This document shows, in pieces, positions 50,366 to 61,725 of a stretch of 64,000 nucleotides of DNA. The stretch's first letter is position 1, and every line of letters starts with the position of its first letter. Below the pieces are notes generated by a model that saw only the letters and a program-made list of their open reading frames with translations, searched no databases and was not told the origin of the DNA. The position numbers and the translations under genes are program-made. Source of the DNA: Fonticula alba ATCC 38817 (lineage: Eukaryota; Protista; Nucleariida); NCBI GenBank assembly GCA_000388065.2, contig KB932202.1. One strand, 5' to 3'.

Positions 50366-52139
50366 AGAAATACGGGAGACAGCAGGACAGAGGGAGGAGG
50401 GGCCAGGCCAAATAGGGCGACGTGCTATGCCTCCGAGAGAGGAGGGGGAAGCGAAGAAAAGCCAAGGATGGCAACAGGGACAACAAAAAAAAAAGAAGAC
50501 ATAAATGAGGACCTCCCCCAGCCTCCCAGGTGGACGTAAACGTACGGCGAAATCCGACACAGGAAGTTATAGAAGTCCAGCAAATCAATGCGATGATCCA
50601 GCTCCTCGGTGGCGGCATTGCCAACGAGGGTCACGCCATCCGCGCGCGTCAGGTTCGGCTGCTGGCAGGGCTTAGTGGCTCCGGAAGTGCCAGTACTAGC
50701 TTGCGTCTTGCCGCCCGCCTTGGCCTCGGCCGAATAGAACACCACCGCATGGAAGTGCCGGTAGATGCCAGTCAACGAAGGCTCCGACAGCAGGGGACAC
50801 ATCTCCATCAAGTGGCGAATCTTCATCCGCCGCTGGAGAACCTCCAGGTTGTGGGCCACCTCACGCCGGTACTGCAGACGCAGCTGGTCGATCAGGGGGT
50901 TGCCGATGTTGGCAAACTCAATCAAGCCAATCATCAGCAGGAGGTCAAACTCCGTGTTGAGGTTCGGATTGAGAGCAACAAACTCCGGCGACAGGGCATC
51001 CCGGTCGGACTGAGTGAGCTCGGCCCCGAGCGAAGCGAAGTACGCCTTCAGGACAATCATCATCTCGCCCTCGTCTGGTTGGTCGGAGAGTGGAAGCAGT
51101 CAGGTGACAGCCGGACAAGTAGGCGAAGCAATCCAGCCGGGGGGGGGGGNNNNNNNNNNNNNNNNNNNNNNNNNNNNNNNNNNNNNNNNNNNNNNNNNNN
51201 NNNNNNNNNNNNNNNNNNNNNNNNNNNNNNNNNNNNNNNGGGAGAGAGGAGCAGGAGCATGGGCGGGGGATGTGGATACGCACCAGTGAGCGTGAGCAGC
51301 AACGAGCGCCGGCGCTTGAGGATTGCCAGGGCGATCTGGAAGAGCACGCGCACGCCATGCAGGAAAAAGACATCCAGCACACGGATGGCATGTGGCAGCA
51401 GCATCGACGAGATGTACTGCGTCAAGAACCACGGCATCACAGCCAGCGAGAAGTCCATCTCGTGCTTGTTGACATGGGCATACAAATCCGGCAGGTACTC
51501 GCTGATCAGGCTCTCCAACACTCGCTGGTCCACCAGAGCCCCGAACATGTTGGACGAATAGTAGTTCGGCAGGAGACGCTCCACCACCGACGTCAGCGTC
51601 CAGAAGGCCAGCTCCTCGCGCTGGAACAGCAGCAGAATGCTCCCCATCAGGTTCATGGCTTGGCAGTAGCCCAGCTGAGGATTGCGCACGGAGTAGGCCT
51701 GCAAAATACGCCGCAGGCGATCCAGACCGTCATACGTTTGGTAGGCCGGGTGGTCCGGCAGCGAACGCATCAGATCCTTCTCAATCTCCTCGGTGGCCGT
51801 GGTCGGCCGACCGCGGCCCTTCTTCAACAGCTCGCGATAGTGCAGCAGGTTGATGCTGAACTCGTGATGTGCTCCGGCGCATGAGGCCCAAATCTCGCCG
51901 CGAATCCGGCTGGGAATGCCAACAAACACCAGCTGGAAGAAGTCCCGCGGTGTCCACCGAATCATGGTCAGGCCACGGCCATTCCGGAAGAAGACCGATT
52001 GCCAGATGTACTCCTTCTTGATTTCACTCTCGCTGCATGGTCAGACACATGCCGACATCGAGCGTGGGAGCCGGGAGAAGGGAGGTATGCCAGGTAAGAG
52101 GTCAGTAGAGAGCAACAATGGCAGCAACAAGAACAACAA

Positions 52140-52181
<42 letters not shown>

Positions 52182-55100
52182 TGTGGAAGGCCTCAACCCG
52201 CCACGTACACAGGCTGGTCCACTGGGAAGCCGTGGATGAAGCCCAAGGCGTCCACCTTCCCAATCAAATGGTACGGATGGCGGATTTGCTGCTGGCGAAC
52301 CTCCAGCAAACTCTTCAGCACCACACGCTTGGCCTCGACCACCACAGGACTGGAGGAGTGGGAGCCAGAGGCAGCCTGGCCACCGGCCACCGGTTCGGCC
52401 GGGTATAGGGGAGCATTCTTGCCCAGGGGAGCGGCTGCCTCTTCGGTATGGGCGAGGTCACTGTCCAGGTTGTGGGAAATGCGAAGCCAATCCGAGGCCA
52501 ATTCGGATTTGGTCGGCTCACCGGAGAGGTCCTCCTCACCGACAGGCACCAGGTGCCCAGTGGTGATGGAGGCCGACTCGGTCGCATGGGCCGGCTCCGG
52601 GGCGGTTGTCTGCCGGCCGGGCGAAATGGCCTGCTGCGACTCCGGCGACTGGGTGACTGGTGCCGCGGTGGCCGGGACATCCTCATCGGGATCGCCATAG
52701 AAATCGAAGTTCTCCTCCTCCGACGCATCGCCCGGACGAGTGCCAGATCCGGAGCCCACGACACTGGACCCATGGGAATCACCACTGCCAGAGCTCCGGC
52801 CATAAAGGCTGAAGGCCCGACTGCGAGAGGACCCGCCGGAGGAACCATCACGTGGCGAGCTGGCTTGGCTGCCGGCGGCACTGCCAGCGGCACTGCCGGC
52901 CGCCGAGCCCCGCTGGAAGTCTCCACCGATGACACCAGTGAGGAAGGGCTCGGCGCCGATGTCCGAGTCACTGTGCTCATCTTCCTCATCCAGATGCCCA
53001 TCGCCACCGGAACCGGCGATGATTTCAGCGACATTGCCATCGGACGAGTTGACGGTCACATGGCCGCCGGGAGGGGCCGGCATCCCGACCGTCTGGAGGT
53101 TGGTGGTGGAATCCACCGGCGATACCGGGCCCGACTGGATGACATTGGTCAGATCCGGGTCCACATGCGGGGCGAAGGAGGAGGACGCCGAGATGTACTC
53201 GAAATCCGCCCGCGCGGCAGCCAGACGGCGCTGGCGCCGGGCAGCCAGGTCGCGCTTGAATTGCTCGAGCGCCGTCTCATAGTGCTCCGGCAGGTGCAGC
53301 AACTCCTGCATCTTCTGCGTTTCCTGGCTCTGGCTGGCCAGGGCCGCCTGCAGGCCAATGTTCAAATGCGAGGAGGGGGCCGCAGCAGTGGGCGGAACCG
53401 GGGTAATGAAGGGGCTATTGGCGGACATGGAGCTGATTGACTCATCCAGATGCCGCTGCCGAGCCCGGGCATTGATATTCCGCTGGTTGGCCTCCTTCAG
53501 GTATTGGGAAAAGAAGGCGGAGAATTGCTCGAAGTCCATCGGATTCTCATCCGGCAGGATGATCTGGTCGGTGGGGAGCATGTTTTGCCAGTAGAGCTTC
53601 AGCGTGAAGGGCTGCTGCTTGGCAACCAGAGTGAAGCACCGGGTCGCCTCGGCTCGCTGAAGGGATGCACATGCATGTGGCCGGACGGGGAAGGTCAAGC
53701 AAAAGAGAGCCAGGGAGAGGGGGAGAGAGAGAGGGAGAGAGGGACGCGCGATGTTAGCGGGTGGGGGGGGATGCTTCGCCAGGGCGGCAGGGCGAAGGAA
53801 AAAAAAAGGCCCGCCAGTAGACATGCAAGAAGATCAGGAGCAAACGAGGACCATGGATGGGGCACACGCACGGAGAAGCCCGTCAACAGATGCGAAGGCC
53901 AGATGAGAAGTGTACTCGAGGAGGCTGGATCGATCAGGGACAGGCAGATGAAGTGCGTCGACAGGTAGAGCATGGCCTGGACCGGTTCGCCGAAGGTCCC
54001 GCTGCGCTTCTTGCGGATGGAGTCCAACTCGAAAGTGACCGGCTGGCAGGCCAGGAGCTCCTCGGTTTGCGGGAGCCGGAACATCCGGCAGAATTTGTTC
54101 CGAACAATCTGGCGGCGAATTTGCACGCGCAGGGCCTGGCCCTCGGGACCGGCCGCCCCGCTGGGCAGCAGACTTTTGGTACCCTCACTCAGGGGGGCGA
54201 TGCTGGCATCGGCCTCGGCCAGGGCCTCCTCCTCGGCCGCGGCCGCTTCCTCGTCCTGCACGGTGGAGATGTCCACATCAGTGAAGCCGGCCGGGATGTG
54301 ATCCGAGGCCGGCCCCGGGGCAGACAGGTCGCGCTCGGTCGGCACACTGCGCAGCATGCGCGAGACAGCATCATCAACGAGGAACTCGATTAACTCAAAC
54401 ACCTCGTTGCGCTTGAAGAGGTTGAAGAAGGCATACTGAAGCCGGGGGGGGGGGGGGGGGGGGGGCGGGGGAAAAAACGGAGAGGGCTACAAAGATGGGA
54501 GTGGGCGAGGGTGTGGGGGGGCGGGGGGGGGGAAACAGAGTGGAGAGCACACGATTGTAAGTGGCCATGTTGCTGGGAGGCCGGGCGGGGGCACCGCGAG
54601 GCATGTGTGCAGGCAGCACGAACCTGAGCCCCGTCCACGGTGGAAATGAAGATGCCACTGGTCAAACCAACGCGGCGCTTGGACAGGAGACTGACATTCT
54701 TCAGCTCGATGTTGACGCGGGTCTCCTCGCCAAGGACATTGGAATGGAAGCAGATGCGATTTTGCGAGAGGTAGAGCCAGCCCTGCTGCAGGAGCTTGTT
54801 CAGGGCGCAAGGATAGTCTGGGAGGCGAGAAGTCAGACAGGGAAGAGACGCGGGAAGTGTCAAAGCAAGGCGTGGAAGGAGAGGAGGAGGAATGGCCGCA
54901 CAGTTGACCAGGCGCTCGCGCAGCTTGAAGGTCTGCCGGAAAGAGTGGGTGGCACGGCGGAAGCCCTCGTCATTGCTCAGATCATCGTCATCCCAGCTCG
55001 AGTGGCCTGCAGAGTGGAGGGAGAGGGTCGTAAGTTGCGAGGGGAGGGCAGCCGATGTGGGGCAAGAAAGGCAGAGAAGTGGGAGGGAAGGCAAGGGCGA

Positions 55101-55698
55101 TGTATATATATATATACGCACCGGTCCGCAGCATATCGCTGGTGATCTTGGTCTTGAGGTAGTGCAGGCCATCTGAGATGAAGAGCTGCTCCAGACCCGG
55201 AGCAACATGCGTAAGCAGGAAGTGCCAGTGATCTTGGAGATCCTCCTCGGTCTCGCCATTGGCGATGTAGTACGAGGGGGGGTGGGTGAATTCCGGGTCA
55301 TTGGGCTTCGGCGTTGGGCGCCAGATGATGCGGAAGAGACTTTGGCTGTGCGTGACGGATGCCAGGGTGTCAGGGGCGCTTGCCGAAAGGCGGAGGGCGA
55401 GGGGGAAGGCGGGAGGAGGAGGAGAAGGGACACATTTGAGGGGACACATACTGGACATCGAGGACATTTTGGAAAGTCCCAACAAACGCCCGAACAAGGC
55501 TGTTGCCTTCCTCGCGGCGGGACTTCTGGATGACGAACGAGCTGGAGGGGGCGGAGGAGAGGGGCAAGAAGCCGAGAACGAGTGTCAGATCCAGGAGGTC
55601 GGCGGGTGGGCATCAGCACCGAGCATGGGCACATACTTGCTACTCTGAACGTCGACCCAGAACTTGGTGACCATGCACTGCTGCGGGTGGACCCACAT
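48344..55698 (-). CDS. TBC1D9: Rab GAP with two GRAM domains + TBC domain (TBC1D8/TBC1D9/Mdr1-Gyp2 type)
   Basis: Start MWVHPQQ (cf. MWVNPEE); GRAM1 QGWLYLSQNRICFHS; GRAM2 FCRMFRLPQTEEL..MLYLSTHFICL; TBC domain GIPSRIRGEIW with intact IEKDLMRS (Arg finger) and GYCQAMN (Gln finger); C-terminal FFAAVTQVPFLEEFF. Confidence 0.9.
50322..50364. repeat. (GT)n microsatellite preceded by (GC)n, intronic in the TBC gene
   Basis: Direct reading of the sequence. Confidence 0.95.
52121..52180. repeat. Compound (CAA)n(CAG)n trinucleotide repeat, intronic in the TBC gene
   Basis: Lies inside the intron ~52034-52208 (donor gtacgt; acceptor joins DQPV-ESEIKK in phase). Confidence 0.85.
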
Positions 55699-58628
55699 GG
55701 CGGCGAGGTTTAATGGTCGGGGGGGGGGGGCAGAGGAGAAGGGGAGAGGAGAGAGAGAGAGGGAGCGAGGGAAGGGGGAGGGCAAGGCGGCAAGGAGCCC
55801 GCCTGTGCGTGAGATATTAACCAGGCAGGGAGAGGCGAAGTGGGAGGATGGAAGCGGGGAGGGGGGGGGGGAGAGGGGACAGAGGCTATAGGGCGTCTTG
55901 CGCCCAGGGGAGGAGAAGAGAGGGGAGGAGGGGGCACGACCCGGGGGACCGGCCAATCGAAAAGGGGGATGCGTGGGAGGAGGAGGGGGGGGGGGAGGGG
56001 TAGAGAACCGCCGGAGCGATTCCGGCGCCTCGCCCTGCCGGCTCCTCTTGTTGGCGCAATCGCGCAAGGTAGCCCGACACGCTCGTCTCATCCTATACGG
56101 GGGTGACAGTGGACCTGGCCCCGGCCGGGGGGGGGGGCGCGTAGACAACTGTGGCGGTGGCGGTGGGATGTTTGAGCGAACACCGGCGCCAGTGCTTGAC
56201 CACCCCCCGCTGGGCCACTGTTGGCTTGCAGGTGAAAGCAGCGACCGGCGCACTTTCCCGTGTCTCTTGGTGTGATGGGAGAGACCGTCCCGCGGGACCT
56301 CGGGCCAGGGCCGCCCAGGCCGCACAGCATGCCTGTGCTTTTGGGAGATCTCCCCCGCCCGTCCGCCTGGCAACTTCACGCGCCCCAGTCCTCTCCATCC
56401 ACGCGCGCTCAACCTCCTTCCTGCCTGCGGCTTGTCCCCCCCCCCCAAACAGACCGCGGCCCAAAGAGCCGGAGAGGCAGCACATGCGCACATACAGGCA
56501 CACGCGCATGCCGAGTCGCTCCCAGGCGGGGGCCGAGCGACGGGTGGCCTGCCGCAGGGAGCAGCGCAGGGAGCTGCCTCCGCGACCACCAACCGCCGGG
56601 ATGGTGGTTGCCCCCCCTCCCTGCAGGCTTCCCAGTGGTGGTGTCACGTCCGTGGGGCGGTGGGGCGTGCGGCGATCGGGGATCACCCGAGAACCGTTGC
56701 TTGGGCCGGGCACCCTCCCCCCCCCGTCCCCGCCCCCCGGGAGGCGCGGAAAGGGCGGCAGCACCCGCAGGCCAGAGGCCGGGGCTCGGTCTGAAACGGG
56801 GCTGCCCTCGGGCAAGGAATGTTGACCCGCACTTGGTTTGCTGCCATATGCCCTGGCGCCCCCCCCCCCCCGCCCGGCCCCCGCTCCCGGTTCTCCCTGG
56901 CAAGCTCCGCTTGTGCTCCGAGCCCGTTCAAGACGAGGGGAGCCATGGTCAGCGAGAGCGCATTAAAGGGGACGTTCCCCTTGCCCCCCCCCCCCCGCCC
57001 CGGAGAGTGGTCCCGTATTCAAAACGCATGTTCCCTTTTTCTGCCCTTCATGCGCGACTTCGCGCGTGGAGGAGACCTACACCGATCGGCCCTGCTACCG
57101 CAGATATCCCCGGGCCAGAGCCCCCCCCCCCCCTCCCGAAGACTTGACCCTGAAGGAAGCCCTCCCCCCTGGCACAGCAGCGCCCCTTGCCGAACACGAA
57201 GGCGGCGCCCGCTGGCAGCCTTTCGCCGGGCGCCCCCCCCCCCGGAAGCCGAGGTCCCTGTGGCCCACGTTCTGCCTGTTGGTGTGATTCTACAATATCA
57301 GACTGGCGGGCCCAGGCTCGCTCCTTGTCCCTGGCCCGCACGCGCCTGCGCCTGTGTCCCACCCCAAGGGCCCCGGTGGGCGCAGCGTCCAAAACACCAC
57401 AGCCCTTGATCCATGGACCGGGGCGTGGCCCATTCCACGAAGAGAATCCGGCCCGTAAGGGAAACGAACGACTCGGTCTCTCTCTCTCACCACGGCCTTA
57501 CCCGCTTTGGCCACTCAAGAAGCGGACACCCCCAGGCTCCAGGCCGCTCCTGTCACAGAAGTAACTTTGAAATGCGCGCATGTGTTCATGCTTGATCACG
57601 GATTACCTACGCCCTGAGGCAGGTCCCCACGAATCGGGGCGTCCATCGGACCAGCGACCATTTGACACAAGACATCTCGGGAATCTGCTCCTGAAAAAGG
57701 GACCCGGTCGGGAAAAAAGGAGGAAGGCGCGCCGAGCCAGCGGATGCTGCCGCCCGAAGGGATGAGTGTGGTGTCTTCTCAAGGGAGGGGGGGACGAGTG
57801 AGTGAGCAAGAAAAGTAGCAAGAGCCCCTCATCAAACGGAGACATCGCCATAAGGAAGTCTCAGAACAGGTGTTCGGAGGCCGGCCGGGCGCTTCGATGA
57901 TGCTCTCGCATGCCGATCGACCCACTCAGGTGCCAGGGTCTTGGCTGGCAGCAGGCTCCCAGAGGGAGCCCTCTTTCGATCTCGGGCTTCGTCGAGGCGG
58001 AAGGCTGAGAGTCCCGCACTCGCCCAGACAAACAAGCGCGCACGCGCGCACCTATGACTGCCCCCTTGTCGGGCCGTCGCCCGGGCTCGGGGCTTGGCGA
58101 GCCCATGACTCCGTCTGACCATGCATTCCTCAAAGTGAAGAATGACGTTCAAATGCCGAAAGAGCTCGCGGGATTGCTCGCGTGTGACTTCCTCGCTCGG
58201 TGAGTTGGATCTGGAGCTCGGCTTCATCAATGCCCCAAACTGGGGCTTAACCAAATGGACGGCCAGTTTCGCCAGCAACACTGATGTTGTCCTGTAGAGT
58301 GCTGGATACGCCTCAACCCCGGCATGACATTCTCGGAGACCCCTAAAAGTCCCCCTCCCCGCCCCCTACTCCTCCTCCTCGGAAGCGTCCCAAGTCTCGG
58401 TATCGAGGCGGCCAGCTTTCGGAATAAGGGGAATAGCATAAGGAGCGGCTCGAAGCTGGTGGCCGGCGCTCAAATAACAAGTCCATCGGTCACACTGGCC
58501 GACTCCGCTCCAGGGAGAGCGATGCACCAAAGCAAACCAACGGCAGGTCGCCAATCCCTCTGAAGAGATTCTGGTTTCACAGTTACAATCGATATTCATT
58601 ATATTGTTCCTATTGGAGTCATCCCCCA

Positions 58629-58702
58629 GTCCGAATGATGTAGATGGTTATCATATCTGTCTAACACACAGAATGTCCCAGGTTCGAGTCCTGGTTCGGA
58701 CA
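58629..58702 (+). tRNA. trnV-AAC: tRNA-Val (anticodon AAC), intronless
   Basis: Cloverleaf: acceptor GTCCGAA/TTCGGAC + A73; D arm ATG..CAT with GG in loop; anticodon arm TCTGT-CTAACAC-ACAGA; T arm CCAGG-TTCGAGT-CCTGG. Confidence 0.97.
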
Positions 58703-58707
58703 GTCCC

Positions 58708-58712
58708 TTTTT
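58708..58712 (+). terminator. RNA polymerase III terminator (T5) of tRNA-Val
   Basis: TTTTT 5 nt downstream of the discriminator base. Confidence 0.75.
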
Positions 58713-59714
58713 GGACTCCCTAAAATTAGCGGAGGATGGTCAGTTTTTTTTCTTTGTCCCATACTATTCCCCTCGGCCACCCCCTGATCCCGGAGACAAA
58801 TGCCCTCTTCGGTGAATTCCCGCGACGCGAGGCGGACATCAGCGTCCCTTCCGCTGATTTACGCGCCCAAAACACCCGACAGCAGGTGGCTGGCACGGGG
58901 ATGATATTGAATAGGGATGGTACCTTTTGCCGCCCAGGAGGTCCTCAAAGAACCCTCACGCGTGGTCTCCTCTCGCCCCGTCCGCCGCCCTCCCCTGCGC
59001 CCGTTCGTCGATCGCGTGCGCCTCACCATCACCAGGCAGAGGCCGAGAGAGCAGCCCGGGAGGCAGGAATCCCCGTCTGGGTCAGGTAAATGTGAGGGGA
59101 TCGGCAAAGGGACACCCCCGCCCGCCATCGATGAATGTCGAGCTGTGACTCCTTCGAACGGCCTCGGTGGGTGCACAGGACAGGGGGCTGTGCCGGGCAA
59201 GACGGCGAGGAGGCTTCAAGGATCCTTGCTGTCGATCGGCCGGCGAGGGGCGAGGCGGCAAATGTCAAGACATGCAATCAGCTGCACCAAAAAGCCAGAA
59301 TCTTTGCTCATCCAGCCTGCGATCCGGCGCGGGATGCAACGCCACCATCATGTCTATCCCGGAGAGGGGGATGGACTCACACGCACACATCGAGCCTTGA
59401 AATCCCCTGCGGAGACCGTTGGAAGCCCGGATCTCTCCTGTGGGTGTCCCCTTGGAAAAGGTGAGACTTTTCATTCGCGCTGCCGAGGGATGGGACCATC
59501 CAGAAGGGACGAGGGCGGCGACGAGTCCCTTCTGGCGGAGGTTTCTGTGAGGTGACCTGCTTTCCGGTCCTCCGGGAGGGCCCGCTTTGTGCCAGCCGGC
59601 CCGCCCAAACTAGAACCCGGCCGCGGGTCCTTCAAGCAAGGAGCTACGAAAACAGACCGACCGCTGAAATACGAGACCTTATAGAACGACGGGGAGCGGG
59701 CTTCCTCACGGATA

Positions 59715-59786
59715 TCCCGATTAGTATAGTGGTGAGAATCCCCGCCTGTCACGCGGGAGGCCCGGGTTCAATTCCCGGATCGGGAG
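59715..59786 (+). tRNA. trnD-GTC: tRNA-Asp (anticodon GTC), intronless
   Basis: Acceptor TCCCGAT/ATCGGGA + G73; anticodon arm CCCGC-CTGTCAC-GCGGG; T arm CCGGG-TTCAATT-CCCGG. D stem carries an A12.A23 mismatch. Confidence 0.95.
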
Positions 59787-59789
59787 CTC

Positions 59790-59796
59790 TTTTTTT
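59790..59796 (+). terminator. RNA polymerase III terminator (T7) of tRNA-Asp
   Basis: T run 3 nt downstream of the tRNA 3' end. Confidence 0.8.
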
Positions 59797-61682
59797 GCCG
59801 CGAGACAATAAGGAAAATGGCACATTCATGTGATTAGCATCTCGCCGGGGGGCCGGGCGGTGTGCACAGCACCCGACGGAGGAGGGGGAGGGGGGGAGGA
59901 GGAGATGTGTGCGGGTTGGGGGGGGGGCGGGGGGTCCGGTCGCAAAGTGCTCCTGCTCCTCCCCTCTTGACCCAGCCCAGAAGCAAAAAAAAAAAAAGAG
60001 GGCCTCATCCCGAGACGTGTTCGGAGAGCGAAAAGCGTCGCAGTGATGCGCCGAGTATCAGGCGAGAAAATATCCACCCCACCCGACGAGCGCCCGTCCC
60101 CGGGGGCCTCCCCCCGGACGGCCTTTTCCGTCCGAGGTTCCGCCCATCCTTCTTGTCCCCTGACTCGGCTCCGGCCGAGCTGTCAACTGGCCTGGGCGCG
60201 CGCGGATGGCCGTGAATCCCCTCGTCGATGGGCTCCCCCTCGCTCCCTGCCGCCTGGGGGCCTTTTGGGACAAAGGCACATCTTCGGCATGGCCTCCGTC
60301 AAGACGCACCCATTTGACGTTGGCCAAAACCCGTGAGACCCTCCCCGCAGGAATGAAGGCTCCCACCGGCCAGACGGCTGGGCGAATTCCATCCGCTCCT
60401 CAACTCCCGGAGGCGTTGGTGAAGCGCCAGCGTGGGCCCTGCTCCGCAGGACTCCCACCGCAGTGGCGCTCAGGAGAAAGAGGGCACGCCCTTTCCCCGG
60501 CGCATGCTCTCCTCCCCCCCCCCTGCTGGCCCCTCTGCGTGGCCCGCCAGGCGGCCCTTGCGGCCACGGTTCCACGTAACGGAAACACCTGTCACCCAAG
60601 AACAGGATGTGTCACTCGGGCACCCACAGCTAAAGGTCGCCACGAGCACAACAGGCAAGAGAGAGCGGCCTTGCTTCTGGGTGCTTCTCTCCCTTGTCTT
60701 CCGCGGCCCCTTTCCCGCCCCGCCCCGTCCCTTCGGATGGAGTAGCTTGTTTGGGCGGTCTGTGCATGTGTGTAAGTGTGCGGTGGGGCGACCCGGGCAA
60801 ACAGTATCATTAATGTCAAAGCTCATGAGAGTGTATGTTGGGTGGATTAAATTACCGACGTAATTTGCCCGAAGATTAGGCCACTTGGGCTGCCCTCCCT
60901 AGCCCGGTGGCGGGGCCGGGCATGAGTAGGGTCGGTTGGGGGCCTACGAGCCTGGTGTGTGATGACCGCGCGCGCGCGCGCGCGTGTGCGCGTGTCCCCA
61001 GCGCGAAGAGCGCCGGTCTTGAGTGCAAGCCAGGACGCCCGGCCAAAATGGGCCCCGGGTCTGGAATTACACAAGGCAATAAGCATGCTGGCGAAGAAGA
61101 GGCTGGGATATTATTTTCTTTTCACGCCCCGCCGCTGCCTGCCGTTGGAAGTGACTCGCGCCGCCGTTGAACAGGCGCCGTGTGCAGGGCCGGACCTGGG
61201 GAGGGCCCTTGCATCCCGCTCGGCCCCTACTCTCTGTCCCCCCGCCCCCCCCCCCTTCGACGAGAGGCCCCGAGCTCCTGGTTCCCCTCCCCTCCTCGCG
61301 GCCGGGCGCCCTCTGTTGTGAGGGCGCGCTCCCCCGGCGCCCCTTGTCCGGCGCGTGTCCCTTCGGGGAGGGCCCTTTTGGGTGCACCCGATGCCCGCTG
61401 CGACGCTCCCCCCGGCCCTCTCGCCACCGGGGCACGCTCCGGGACATACGCCAAGGCTGGAACCAAGGAACAGGGGGGGCCGCCAGCGGTGCCTGAGTTG
61501 CCCGAGACCGACGCTTTGGAGCCCGGGCACACGTCTGGGCGCGCACCCCGGTGCATGCCGGGACGGGCAAGCTCCGGCTCGCGCCCTGCGGGGTGACCCA
61601 TTCGTATTGCACCCCCGCGCAGGGCACCCGCCGGTTCCCGGGGCGCGGGGGGCGACGGCCTCCCCGCTCGGGCTCGCCCACG

Positions 61683-61685
<3 letters not shown>

Positions 61686-61725
<40 letters not shown>

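Noticed and set aside
57832-58281. 149-aa minus-strand ORF near tRNA-Val as a possible retroelement remnant
   Set aside because: No RT, integrase, gag or transposase motifs and no terminal repeats seen.
59128-59145. CATCGATGAA resembling 5.8S rRNA
   Set aside because: The match stops after 10 nt; there is no other rDNA similarity.
59820-59845. GATTAGCAT resembling U6 snRNA
   Set aside because: No ACAGAGA box upstream and no GGCCCC continuation.
60855-60890. AATTTG followed by a stem-loop (Sm-class or U7-like 3' end)
   Set aside because: Sm site is weak and no U1, U2, U4, U5 or U7 5' features lie upstream.
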